Shown in pieces: positions 29,058-38,989 of a stretch of DNA of 64,000 bases. Location: the IMG/VR virus record IMGVR_UViG_3300024348_000004; one strand, 5' to 3'. Below the pieces are notes generated by a model that saw nothing but the letters and a program-made list of their open reading frames with translations, had not been told where the DNA came from and made no database searches. Position numbers and translations under genes: made by a program. This DNA is from a virus. The stretch's first letter is position 1. Every line of letters begins with the position of its first letter.

Positions 29058-29621
29058 ATGACTAAGAAAAAAGACCCTAAAACCCAGGCGCATTACGTCA
29101 ACAACAAGGACTTCACAGCGGCAGTTTCTGAGTATGCAATTGCAATCAAAGAAGCGAAAGAGTCGGAAGGAACTCCACCTCAAATGTCAGAGTACATAGG
29201 AGAAAGCATCTATAAGATTGCAACAAGACTATCTACTAGACCCAACTTTATCAACTACACATATAGAGATGAAATGATATGTGATGCAATCGAGAATTGT
29301 ATTCAGTATCTTGGCAACTTCAATGTAGAAAAATCAAACAATGCATTTGCATATGTTACACAGATTTGTTACTATGCTTTCTTGAGAAGAATACAGAAAG
29401 AAAAGAAACAAGTGTACATCAAACAACAAGCAATTGATGCTACTTCACTCACACTCGATGCATTTGATACAATCGATGGAATACACGACCCTACCTTGAC
29501 CAACACTAACGTGGAATGGATGCAAGAGAATATGAACAGGGTTGCATACGAACCAAGGAAATCAAAAAGAACAAGGAAATCTACAAAACAAAACTCACTA
29601 GAGAAATTCGAAGATAAATGA
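29058..29621 (+). CDS. gp55: Late transcription sigma factor gp55
   Basis: HYVNNKDF, RPNFINYTYRDEMI, AFAYVTQICYYAFLRRI. Confidence 0.95.
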   Translation: MTKKKDPKTQAHYVNNKDFTAAVSEYAIAIKEAKESEGTPPQMSEYIGESIYKIATRLSTRPNFINYTYRDEMICDAIENCIQYLGNFNVEKSNNAFAYVTQICYYAFLRRIQKEKKQVYIKQQAIDATSLTLDAFDTIDGIHDPTLTNTNVEWMQENMNRVAYEPRKSKRTRKSTKQNSLEKFEDK

Positions 29622-29842
29622 CGAGCTTTAACGACAATCCATCATTGTATAAACCGTACATACAATTAATTTGTAACCCTTATGAACATAGTTCTTCTGT
29701 TAATACTCGTATCACTATTGATGTGATGCAGAAGGATTTGAAACGTGATGATATAGTTGAAGTACTTGAAGGATTTATGAAAGCAATGGGATATGGTTTT
29801 AGTGATGGAGAATCTCTTTGTATCAGCGAGGCAGTTAAATGA
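29618..29842 (+). CDS. Hypothetical protein
   Basis: 74-aa ORF coupled to both neighbours. Confidence 0.6.
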   Translation: MTSFNDNPSLYKPYIQLICNPYEHSSSVNTRITIDVMQKDLKRDDIVEVLEGFMKAMGYGFSDGESLCISEAVK

Positions 29843-30906
29843 AAATAGCGATACTGAATGACACTCACTGTGGAGTGAGAGGTGATATGATTGAGATGTC
29901 TAATTATCAAGGACGTTTCTATAATGAAGTGTTCTTCCCATACTTAGATGAACATGATATCAAACACATCATTCACATGGGTGACTACTTCGATAGAAGG
30001 AAGTATATCAACTTCGCTTCCATGAAAGCAAATATCAAACACTTCATTGAACCTATGACTGAACGTGGTATAACCATGGACTTAGTAATTGGTAATCATG
30101 ACACATATTATAAGAACACCAATGATGTCAATGCTCCCGAATTACTTCTTTACAATCAACCAAACGTATCTGTTTATTCTGAGTGTGAAGTTAGAGAGTA
30201 TGATGGATTTCCTATTGCACTTGTGCCATGGATTAATAATGATAACTATGCTGACTCAGTAGAATTTTTACGTTCAGCACCAGCATCTATTGCTATGGGT
30301 CACTTTGAAATAGAAGGTGCATTGATGATGCCAGGCATGACATGTCAACATGGACTAGACCATTCATATTTAAAACGTTTTGATAAAGTGTATAGCGGAC
30401 ACTTCCACCAAAAGTCGGAAGTCAAGAACATTCATTACGTTGGTTCACAGATGGAATTTACTTGGTCAGATTATAACGATAAGAAGTACTTCCATATTTT
30501 TGATACTGAAGACCAATCCTTAACTCCAATACACAATCCTATTACTATGTTTGAAAAAGGTTTCTATGATGACGCTAAAGAAACTTTTGAAACTATAAGT
30601 GAAAAGGATTATTCAAATTACACTGGTAAGTTTGTGAAAATTATTGTCGTCAATAAAGACAATCCGTATTGGTTTGATACATTCTTAGACAAGGTACATG
30701 CTGCTTCACCTTTACATGTATCGGTTGTGGACGATAATAAACATATGGATTTTTATGGAGATGATGATATAGAAGATGTAGAAGACACTCTAACTATCCT
30801 ATCCAATTACATCGATGGATTAGAAATCCAAGGTAAGAAAAAGCCACTTAACGAATTGATGACAACGTTGTATAATGAAGCATTGGATGAACACTCTTAT
30901 TTATGA
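29839..30906 (+). CDS. gp47: Recombination endonuclease gp47 (Mre11-like)
   Basis: DTH, GDYFD, GNHD, SGHFH. Confidence 0.95.
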   Translation: MKIAILNDTHCGVRGDMIEMSNYQGRFYNEVFFPYLDEHDIKHIIHMGDYFDRRKYINFASMKANIKHFIEPMTERGITMDLVIGNHDTYYKNTNDVNAPELLLYNQPNVSVYSECEVREYDGFPIALVPWINNDNYADSVEFLRSAPASIAMGHFEIEGALMMPGMTCQHGLDHSYLKRFDKVYSGHFHQKSEVKNIHYVGSQMEFTWSDYNDKKYFHIFDTEDQSLTPIHNPITMFEKGFYDDAKETFETISEKDYSNYTGKFVKIIVVNKDNPYWFDTFLDKVHAASPLHVSVVDDNKHMDFYGDDDIEDVEDTLTILSNYIDGLEIQGKKKPLNELMTTLYNEALDEHSYL

Positions 30907-32618
30907 TAAACTTCAAAACTGTGAGGTGGAAGAACCTTCTTTCATCAGGCAACAAATATACTGAGATACAATTAGACAGAAATCAGACAACCCTAGTATT
31001 GGGTGAGAACGGTGCTGGTAAATCCACACTATTAGATGCATTGTGTTTCGGATTGTACGGACGTGGATTTCGAAATCTAAAAAAAGACTTATTGATAAAC
31101 TCAATCAATCAAAAAGAAATGATAGTGGAGGTTGAATTTTCAATTGGTCGAAGAGAATACAAAGTAATACGTGGTGCAAAACCTAATAAATTTGAATTAT
31201 ATGTAAATGATATGTTGGTAGACCAAGACGCTACGGTTAAAGACTATCAAGAACATTTAGAAAAGAACGTACTCAAAATGAGTTACCGTTCATTCACACA
31301 GGTTGCTATCTTGGGGTCAGCAAACTTCACCCCATTCATGCAATTGAAATCGGCAGAGAGACGTAAATTAGTTGAAGACTTGTTAGACATTTCAATCTTT
31401 AGTACCATGAAAGACATTCTAAGAAAGAAAGTATCCGCACATAAGATAGAGTTGAAAGAAACTAACCATGAAGTTGAACTCATAGAAGAACGTGTGAGTG
31501 GTCTCAACGAACAGTTGCAAGCACTGAGAGAAACAAGAGAACTTAAGATTAAAAAGTACGAAGGTACTGTACAAGAAACGCAAGATAATATTGATACACT
31601 ACTAGAAAAGGTAGGTGTTAAAGAAGAAGATGTGGTAAATAAGCTTGAGACCATATCAGACAGAGACCCACAGGGGGATAGACTTAAACAAGCAGAAGCA
31701 GTAGAACAACAACTTATAACTGCACGTAAGAAAGCACTGAAAGAAATAGAGTTTTATGAAAACCACGATGATTGTCCAACATGTAAACAGGGGTTAGACC
31801 ATGAACACAAGACGAAACACATTGAAGAGAAGAAACTTAAGTCAGATGAAATCAAGGAAGCGCTGCTTCAACTTGACACCACCCTCGAAAATACCCGAAA
31901 TCGATTGGCGGAAATCACCGAAGTCCAACGAGAAATAGAATCCATTCAAAAACAGAAAGGTCTTTTACAAACTGAGATACTTTCAAATCAGAAGTTCATT
32001 ACAAAGATTCAAAAGGAAATTGAAGAACTCAAAATAGAACAAAATGTAAGTTCAAATGTCCATGAACGAATCGAAGAATCAGAAGATACACTAGAGATTC
32101 TACACCAAAAACATAAGACACTAGTAGACCAAGGACACTACTTTGATATTGCTTCTACTCTATTGAGAGACCAAGGAGTAAAGGAAAAGATTATTAAACA
32201 GTATGTTCCTGTTATGAATAAGATGATTAACAAGTATCTTGCCCAATTAGAATTCTATGTTGGGTTCGAACTCAACGAAAGTTTTGAAGAGACTATCAAG
32301 TCAAGATTTAGAGACGTGTTTAAGTACGACAACTTCTCACAAGGTGAAAAGATGAGAATCGACTTATCACTTTTGTTTACTTGGAGAGCAGTTGCACGTA
32401 TGAAGAACAGTGTGAACACTAACTTGCTTATACTTGACGAAGTGTTTGATTCATCACTAGACGTTAATGGAACAGATGACTTCATGAAACTATTAAACAC
32501 CTTGACGGAAAAGACTAATGCATTTATAATTAGTCACAAGGGAGATGCACTGTACGACAGGTTCGAGAATGTAATTCGATTCGAGAAACATAAAAACTTC
32601 TCACGACTGGCGGAATAG
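30903..32618 (+). CDS. gp46: Recombination ATPase gp46 (Rad50-like)
   Basis: GENGAGKS, CPTC hook, FSQGE, LDEVFD. Confidence 0.95.
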   Translation: MINFKTVRWKNLLSSGNKYTEIQLDRNQTTLVLGENGAGKSTLLDALCFGLYGRGFRNLKKDLLINSINQKEMIVEVEFSIGRREYKVIRGAKPNKFELYVNDMLVDQDATVKDYQEHLEKNVLKMSYRSFTQVAILGSANFTPFMQLKSAERRKLVEDLLDISIFSTMKDILRKKVSAHKIELKETNHEVELIEERVSGLNEQLQALRETRELKIKKYEGTVQETQDNIDTLLEKVGVKEEDVVNKLETISDRDPQGDRLKQAEAVEQQLITARKKALKEIEFYENHDDCPTCKQGLDHEHKTKHIEEKKLKSDEIKEALLQLDTTLENTRNRLAEITEVQREIESIQKQKGLLQTEILSNQKFITKIQKEIEELKIEQNVSSNVHERIEESEDTLEILHQKHKTLVDQGHYFDIASTLLRDQGVKEKIIKQYVPVMNKMINKYLAQLEFYVGFELNESFEETIKSRFRDVFKYDNFSQGEKMRIDLSLLFTWRAVARMKNSVNTNLLILDEVFDSSLDVNGTDDFMKLLNTLTEKTNAFIISHKGDALYDRFENVIRFEKHKNFSRLAE

Positions 32619-32631
32619 GATAAATAGTAAT

Positions 32632-34035
32632 ATGAAAAGTTTTTCCGAATTTAAATCACCAAAAATAGAAGATATAAAGTTAGACTTACCTACAATAAGT
32701 GAGTTGACTGTATCCCCATACTACACACAGAGAGGTGTAGCAAATCCATATTATGATTTGGATATCAGTATGGATGCCATCACAGCACAAGTTGGTGAGG
32801 GTGATATTAAATTTAAGAATGTTGAGAGTGCAAGTGGACAAGAAATATTTTCTGTAGGGAATGGTAAGTTTTTTTTCCAAGTAGAAAAGAATGGAAGTGA
32901 CACTCCATACTATGTAAGGACTACTAAGAGTGTTGTTAAATCGCACTTAGGTATGGGTAAACGAAAGGATTCGACAGCTTCATCTAATGTCAATGAGTTA
33001 TTATCTGTATATTTTTTAGATAAACCCAGTGAGATGAAAATGGACTCCGTGGAATGGGAGATGGTAGTAGGTAAGAAGTCAGGCACGACTGGTGTGTTAC
33101 TTGGAGACGGAAGTTCACTTACCTATGAGACCATGATTCAGTTGATAGATAAAGATGAAACTGCACAAAGAGACATCAAGATTGGTCAACACAATGCTAG
33201 AGCAATTCTCCAAGACTTAAGTGGTCAATCAATTAAGGATGTATACTGGACACCACGTGGAAAGCCAGGCGGTATCTCAGATAAGAACCCTTCAGATGTT
33301 ATGGTTGAACTTTCGAGTGGAACATTCATAGGATACTCTAACAAAATTGCTGCTGGTAAAGATATGACACCAAAGATGAATGCATCTGCTGTCGCACAGT
33401 ATGGTAAACTTAAGGATTCAAAACAATTAAAATCAGTCATGAATCACATTGATGTTGCATGGGATGAAGCAGTCAATAGTGTTAAAAACAAAGAAGTGCA
33501 AAAAGAGTTGAAAGTTAAATGGACTTCTAAAGTTAAGAGAGAGAAGTACACAGAAGGTGGTTCAAAATCTTCATTCTATCAGATAGGTCAACTATTTACT
33601 AAACATGGGTTGAGTTTTTATGCAGAAGATTTCTATTATCCATTTAGAAATTCTGTTATCCAACAGATGTCAAAACACTTGTCTAAACCAAACAACCTAT
33701 TATACATGTTGAACACTATGGGGTATTACACTTATCCCGATGCTAACTCTACACCATGCCCATACAAGTTATTGATTGGTTCAGAGAGTGGGTCGAAGAT
33801 GAAAGACGTAGGTGCTAATGAAGAATTAAAAGCAGTATGTCTCGATGAAAATCCTAAAAATTATGGGAACATCAAAGTCAATTACGTGAAGGGACAACAA
33901 AGTTTTACTTTGTCGTTTGTATATAAACCATTGAAGAAGTATTGTGAACTTCCCATTACCATGAGGACAAGGGCGTCCGGCGGATGGGCAGGTAAAGCAT
34001 TATACATGAGTTCTTCAGGCATTAGGATTAAATAA
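32632..34035 (+). CDS. Hypothetical protein, possible PD-(D/E)xK nuclease fold and capsid-targeting N-terminus
   Basis: MKSFSEF start; NE...NPSDVMV...GYSNK; GATAAATA upstream. Confidence 0.5.
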   Translation: MKSFSEFKSPKIEDIKLDLPTISELTVSPYYTQRGVANPYYDLDISMDAITAQVGEGDIKFKNVESASGQEIFSVGNGKFFFQVEKNGSDTPYYVRTTKSVVKSHLGMGKRKDSTASSNVNELLSVYFLDKPSEMKMDSVEWEMVVGKKSGTTGVLLGDGSSLTYETMIQLIDKDETAQRDIKIGQHNARAILQDLSGQSIKDVYWTPRGKPGGISDKNPSDVMVELSSGTFIGYSNKIAAGKDMTPKMNASAVAQYGKLKDSKQLKSVMNHIDVAWDEAVNSVKNKEVQKELKVKWTSKVKREKYTEGGSKSSFYQIGQLFTKHGLSFYAEDFYYPFRNSVIQQMSKHLSKPNNLLYMLNTMGYYTYPDANSTPCPYKLLIGSESGSKMKDVGANEELKAVCLDENPKNYGNIKVNYVKGQQSFTLSFVYKPLKKYCELPITMRTRASGGWAGKALYMSSSGIRIK

Positions 34036-34646
34036 TGTATCAATTAGTAGAAGAAGCGAGTAAAGTATTAAGGACACGTCCAAGTGATTTTGATTTTGAG
34101 ACAAGGGAAGACGCTGAAGAGATAGAGAGTAAATTGTCGGAGACCATGGAACAATATGGTGGTCTTGGTCTGAGTGCAAATCAAGTGGGACTAGATGCTA
34201 GAGTTTTTGTCATGAGAACACAGGACGGTATTCAAGCATTCTTTAACCCCGAGTTAACTAAAGTGTCTCAAGAAACAGACTTAATGAAAGAAGGGTGTTT
34301 ATCGTTCCCCGATATATACCTTATGATTAAGAGACCCAAAGTGTGTGAACTCAGATGGAATAACGCTAAGGGAGAAGAACACACACAACTATTTGATGGT
34401 ATCGGTGCAAGATGTATTCAACATGAACTAGACCATCTCAACGGTATCTTGTTCCTACAAAGAGCAAGTAAATTGAAATTAGAACGTGCTTTAAAAGCAC
34501 GTCCTAAAGAAAAACGAAAAAGACTAGATTATGAAAAACGACAAGCATATGCAAGATTCATCCAAGAACAACAGGAAGCTCAATCTAATAACTCAGAACG
34601 AGATGACATCTCCACAAGAGAACCAGCATCTAATTCAGTGGTTTAG
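34035..34646 (+). CDS. def: Peptide deformylase
   Basis: GLGLSANQ, EGCLS, QHELDH. Confidence 0.93.
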   Translation: MYQLVEEASKVLRTRPSDFDFETREDAEEIESKLSETMEQYGGLGLSANQVGLDARVFVMRTQDGIQAFFNPELTKVSQETDLMKEGCLSFPDIYLMIKRPKVCELRWNNAKGEEHTQLFDGIGARCIQHELDHLNGILFLQRASKLKLERALKARPKEKRKRLDYEKRQAYARFIQEQQEAQSNNSERDDISTREPASNSVV

Positions 34647-35208
34647 AGAAAACTTCCAAAACCTTCAAAGTGTTGGTGACGGTTCTGATTACTTTGGAAT
34701 CAATATCATACACATACACGACCATTATATAAGGACACTCCTTAGACGAATCCAATTTGATTCAATCTCTGCCATCTACAAAGATACTGGTCAGAGAATG
34801 TATCCCGAAATGTGTATTATGACAGAGTGGCCAATCGGTGGTTTTCAAGACCCACATAAAGATACCTACTCTTCAGCACAACTTCAATATGGTTTAGATG
34901 ACGCTAATGCACCACCTAGAAGAGAGTGGACTCTTATACTAAATCTCAATAGCAACTTTGGTGATGGTAAGACATACTTCCCCGATGATGACTATACACA
35001 CGACCCTGTATCGGGACAAGGAGTTCTGTTCCAAGGACTTTATCACGAACATGGTGTACAGAAGGTTCGAAGATGTCCTCGTTACACTATCGCCATGTGG
35101 TTCTCAGGCGACACAAACAACATGATGACCGACATGGTCACAGATGACCTTAGAGAAGACCAATTTTCTTTACTAGGAATGCAATTACCCACTAGACAAA
35201 GCCAGTAA
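34531..35208 (+). CDS. 2OG-Fe(II) oxygenase (prolyl-hydroxylase-like)
   Basis: HKD...LNLN..F.DG...HGV..V....RYTIAMW; start uncertain. Confidence 0.7.
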   Translation: MKNDKHMQDSSKNNRKLNLITQNEMTSPQENQHLIQWFRENFQNLQSVGDGSDYFGINIIHIHDHYIRTLLRRIQFDSISAIYKDTGQRMYPEMCIMTEWPIGGFQDPHKDTYSSAQLQYGLDDANAPPRREWTLILNLNSNFGDGKTYFPDDDYTHDPVSGQGVLFQGLYHEHGVQKVRRCPRYTIAMWFSGDTNNMMTDMVTDDLREDQFSLLGMQLPTRQSQ

Positions 35209-35243
35209 CTTTTTGATACTATAGTATCTGTTGGATTGATTAA

Positions 35244-35320
35244 GTCCTCGTAGCTCAACTGGATAGAGCAACAGCCTTCTAAGCTGTAGGTTATAGGTTC
35301 GACTCCTATCGGGGACGCCA
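35244..35320 (+). tRNA. tRNA-Arg(TCT)
   Basis: Cloverleaf; anticodon arm ACAGC-CTTCTAA-GCTGT; GTTCGA T-loop; encoded CCA. Confidence 0.95.
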
Positions 35321-35343
35321 ATCCAAAACCCCCAAAATTAAAT

Positions 35344-35373
35344 TTGACAATGCCCCTCACTTTTTTGTATACT
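35344..35373 (+). promoter_or_regulatory. Early sigma70-type promoter with conserved spacer
   Basis: TTGACA-ATGCCCCTCACTTTTTTG-TATACT. Confidence 0.8.
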
Positions 35374-35400
35374 ATGTATATAATGAAAAAAGGAGATAAT

Positions 35401-35709
35401 ATGTTAGATACGAATTACATTGAAACTGGGTTAGATACCTGTCAATATACCATAGATGGTATAACAACCACTGCTATAATCAAAGAGGTTACCCCTCATC
35501 ATTTATCAGTAAAACCTATCAGTAGAATGGGTAAGAATGTCTATGAGACTAATTTAGACACTACGTTTATAGGACAGACATTTTCTTCAGAATGTTACCC
35601 ATATATCAACCTAGAGATATGGAGTGATGGAAGAGGATGTGATAATAGTGCAATCGGATGTAGTGGTTACTACGAATCATACACTCACTTTCTTGCAGAG
35701 GCATCGTAA
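35401..35709 (+). CDS. Early hypothetical protein
   Basis: AAGGAG RBS, ATG 35401. Confidence 0.65.
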   Translation: MLDTNYIETGLDTCQYTIDGITTTAIIKEVTPHHLSVKPISRMGKNVYETNLDTTFIGQTFSSECYPYINLEIWSDGRGCDNSAIGCSGYYESYTHFLAEAS

Positions 35710-35897
35710 TGAAAATTCTTATATTACTTATTATAATATCAATATCTATATTGTTTGCAGTGAATACAACTCTATCAATGCCTGATGTATACGTATCAAA
35801 TTCAACAGGTGAATGTATGGAAGTCATTAATTATGAAGGTTCATTATGGTCATGTGAAAACCTACCTTCCAAATACAACCACATATGGGTGAAGTAA
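35709..35897 (+). CDS. Small membrane/secreted hypothetical protein
   Basis: Hydrophobic N-terminus. Confidence 0.55.
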   Translation: MKILILLIIISISILFAVNTTLSMPDVYVSNSTGECMEVINYEGSLWSCENLPSKYNHIWVK

Positions 35898-36082
35898 TGA
35901 AGTACTTAAAAGAGATTACAGACTGGGGCGACTATCCAGTCCCCAACCACACTTACATAGTTAACGATGCTAATCAACTGGTTGGTTACATCAAGACTGG
36001 GACTAAAGAAGAGATAATTTACAAGTCCCCAATGAAACAGTTCTCCAAGTCTAGGAGAAAATTTATTCAATTAAAAAGATAA
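35897..36082 (+). CDS. Hypothetical protein
   Basis: MKYLKEITDW...PNHTY...FSKSRRKF. Confidence 0.6.
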   Translation: MKYLKEITDWGDYPVPNHTYIVNDANQLVGYIKTGTKEEIIYKSPMKQFSKSRRKFIQLKR

Positions 36083-36085
36083 AAG

Positions 36086-36115
36086 TTGACAATGCCCTTC
36101 ACTTTTTTATATAAT
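36086..36115 (+). promoter_or_regulatory. Early sigma70-type promoter with conserved spacer
   Basis: TTGACA-ATGCCCTTCACTTTTTTA-TATAAT. Confidence 0.85.
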
Positions 36116-36140
36116 GGCTACATCAACTGAGGAAACAAAT

Positions 36141-38471
36141 ATGACAACAAGAAACCAAAAAGACCAACTCGCAAAACTAATGGCCACAGAGGACATTACT
36201 GTTGTTCATAGGAAGATTCCTACTGCTTACTTCGACATCAAGAACAGGATTCTTGCATGTCCTATTTTCAAAGAAGATATGTCAAACGAACTCTATGACT
36301 TGTTCATGGGTCACGAAGTTGGACATGCTTTATACACACCATACGAAGGTGTACACTCTGCTCTTGTTGAGAACAAGACACTTAAAGGTTACTTGAACGT
36401 TGTAGAAGACGTTAGGATTGAGAGAAAAATCAGAGACAAATTTGCTGGTCTTAGAAAGTCATTCTACAAGGCATACAATGAGTTGATGGAGAATGACTTC
36501 TTTGGTATCAAAGGTAAAGACCTTCAGACACTTTCATTGATTGACAAAATCAACCTTATTACTAAGGTCGGTTCAAGAGTTAATATTTCTCTTACTGATG
36601 AAGAACAAGTTATACTAGACAAGTGTTACGCTTGTGAGACTTGGGAAGAAGTTGAGGCAGTTGCAAAAGAAATTTACGAATGGTCTAAGGAAAATGAGAC
36701 TAGGGATGAGACCGATGAGTCAATCGTTCCACAAACTCTTGAACTCGGTGATGAAGAAGAAGATGAAGATGGAATGGAAGAAGAGTCATGGGGTGATGGT
36801 GACGATGTAGAAGACGAAGAAGAACAGTCAGAGTCATCTAAAGGTGGTTCAGACACTGAAGACACTATGCCTGACCTAGAAGAGTCAGAAGGACAAGATA
36901 CCGCTGGTAACTTGGAACAGGAAGATGAAGTAGAAGAACCTACTCAAAAGAAAACTGGAAGTGGAAAAGAAGGTTCATACGGAATCCATGACGATGAGGA
37001 CGGTGCTAGAGAGTCAATCACTGAACACTTTGCACACAATAACGAAGACCAATTTCTTTCAGATACAAACAGAATTATTACTCAAATCGACCTTCCTTCA
37101 AAGTTCAAAACAAATAAAGAAGTTATCGATGCTACTGAGATTTCTTTCAAGACAGTTCTAAAAGACTGGAACAATTACTATGTTCAGAACACTGATATGG
37201 ATGTTGAGAAGAGACAGGGTTGGAACAAAATCATGGCAAAAACATTGGTCGACAAGAATAAGAAACTTGTCAATCATATGGCAAAAGAATTTGAGATGAA
37301 ACAAACTGCTCAAAGAAGTAAACATGCTTTTACTGGTAAGACTGGTAAGTTGGACATGAATAGACTTGCTAAATATCAAATCGTTGAAGACGTGTTCAAA
37401 AGAAGTGTTTACTTGCCAGAAGGTGAGAACCACGGTTTGACAGTTCTTCTAGATTGGAGTGGTTCAATTCAAAACGAGTGTGCTGACTTAATAGAACAGT
37501 CAATCATTCTCGCAATGTTCTGCAGAAAAGTTAATATCGCTCACAGAATTTACTTGTTCTCAGATTCATACAAGAGAGGTGAACACAATGGGTCTTACTA
37601 TGATAATGTAAATCTAGTAACTATCGCTTCGGATGAAATGAACAACAGACAGTGGAATGAGATGATGCAGAACCTTGCTTCACTTTACTTAAACCACTAC
37701 ATCGATGGATTCTCATGGAAGGCAAGAAACAAATTACACGCTTGGTTGGATGAGAATTTCAATACAAACTACACTGAAACTGGATACTCATGGATTGCCA
37801 CTAGGGTTCACCCAACTGGATACTCTCTAGGTGGAACACCACTCAATCAGTCTCTTGCAGTTCTCAGAAAACTTCTGCCTGAATTCCAAAGACAGTACGG
37901 TATTGAGAAATCAATTCTTACAGTAATCACAGATGGTTACTCTCACGGTGGTGCTTTGTTTGAAAAGGATGATGCTGAGAATGCTCAAATGAAAGAACAA
38001 AGTGGTGGAGATGACTACGGTTACATGACACAAGTGGATAGAGAGATAATTGACCCATACTCTAAAAAAGTTTACCCTTACGGTAGTGGTAGTCATTACA
38101 GAAATGCTTTTTCAATTACACAGAACTTACTGGACTGGATATCAAAAGAATGTAACGTTACAGTGACTGGGTACTTTGTTCTTGGTAGAAAACAAGACGT
38201 GTATGGTATCCTTTCTGAAACCGCTCCACACAAAGACTATGATGATTCTTGGAAAGAAATCAAGAAGACTGGTATGGTAGTGAAGTGTCACGGATACAAC
38301 AAATTATTCTTGACTAGTGCATCACTTCTTGGTGCTGCTGGTGATGATGAACTTTCAGATGACCTAGTTGATGCGAAAAAGGTCAGAGTTATGGCTGCTT
38401 TCAAAAGAAATCAGAAATCCAAAACTACATCAAGATTTTTAACTAACGAATTTATAAAGGAGATTGCATAA
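36141..38471 (+). CDS. Metallopeptidase-like (HExxH) + vWA domain protein (CobT-like partner of CobS)
   Basis: HEVGH, NVVEDVRIE, acidic linker, LDWSGS MIDAS, GGTPL, ITDG. Confidence 0.85.
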   Translation: MTTRNQKDQLAKLMATEDITVVHRKIPTAYFDIKNRILACPIFKEDMSNELYDLFMGHEVGHALYTPYEGVHSALVENKTLKGYLNVVEDVRIERKIRDKFAGLRKSFYKAYNELMENDFFGIKGKDLQTLSLIDKINLITKVGSRVNISLTDEEQVILDKCYACETWEEVEAVAKEIYEWSKENETRDETDESIVPQTLELGDEEEDEDGMEEESWGDGDDVEDEEEQSESSKGGSDTEDTMPDLEESEGQDTAGNLEQEDEVEEPTQKKTGSGKEGSYGIHDDEDGARESITEHFAHNNEDQFLSDTNRIITQIDLPSKFKTNKEVIDATEISFKTVLKDWNNYYVQNTDMDVEKRQGWNKIMAKTLVDKNKKLVNHMAKEFEMKQTAQRSKHAFTGKTGKLDMNRLAKYQIVEDVFKRSVYLPEGENHGLTVLLDWSGSIQNECADLIEQSIILAMFCRKVNIAHRIYLFSDSYKRGEHNGSYYDNVNLVTIASDEMNNRQWNEMMQNLASLYLNHYIDGFSWKARNKLHAWLDENFNTNYTETGYSWIATRVHPTGYSLGGTPLNQSLAVLRKLLPEFQRQYGIEKSILTVITDGYSHGGALFEKDDAENAQMKEQSGGDDYGYMTQVDREIIDPYSKKVYPYGSGSHYRNAFSITQNLLDWISKECNVTVTGYFVLGRKQDVYGILSETAPHKDYDDSWKEIKKTGMVVKCHGYNKLFLTSASLLGAAGDDELSDDLVDAKKVRVMAAFKRNQKSKTTSRFLTNEFIKEIA

Positions 38472-38650
38472 TGGATAAAGTTATTTTAGAAAGGAATGAG
38501 TATAAGGCGTTTGTCAACAAGGTTGACAGCATGGCTGCTCAAGGAATCATGGTTCCACATATGGTTAACCACGATAAGGAATTGGATGTATTTGAAATCA
38601 CACTATTGGATTCAGATATGGACACTACATTTTTACAGGAGCAAGTATAA
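38471..38650 (+). CDS. Hypothetical protein
   Basis: 59-aa ORF MDKVILERNEY... coupled by TAATG on both sides. Confidence 0.55.
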   Translation: MDKVILERNEYKAFVNKVDSMAAQGIMVPHMVNHDKELDVFEITLLDSDMDTTFLQEQV

Positions 38651-38916
38651 TGAATGCATTACAAGTTGACGAGAGTTACTACATTTCACACACTACCGAT
38701 TACAGTTCATTTGCAGATGCAATTCAGAACGTGGGCCCTGGGCCATGCACAGTCTTTGATTGTCCAAATCAAGTGAAGTGTAAAGAAGAAAAGGTTGAGT
38801 GTAAAGCATTCAGATATTGGGTGAACAATGGGTCATTTGAAACCTATTCAAAAAAAGATGGTGGTATGATATCTATAGAAAAAGGTGTAGGAAAGTTACT
38901 TCAACCAATAAAATAA
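38650..38916 (+). CDS. Cys-containing hypothetical protein
   Basis: ORF track; PC...C....C......C. Confidence 0.6.
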   Translation: MNALQVDESYYISHTTDYSSFADAIQNVGPGPCTVFDCPNQVKCKEEKVECKAFRYWVNNGSFETYSKKDGGMISIEKGVGKLLQPIK

Positions 38917-38918
38917 AC

Positions 38919-38948
38919 TTGACAAAGCCCCTCACTTTTTTATATACT
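38919..38948 (+). promoter_or_regulatory. Early sigma70-type promoter with conserved spacer
   Basis: TTGACA-AAGCCCCTCACTTTTTTA-TATACT. Confidence 0.8.
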
Positions 38949-38989
38949 ACTAATGATGAGAAAAAAAGTTAAATAACGGAGACTATATT

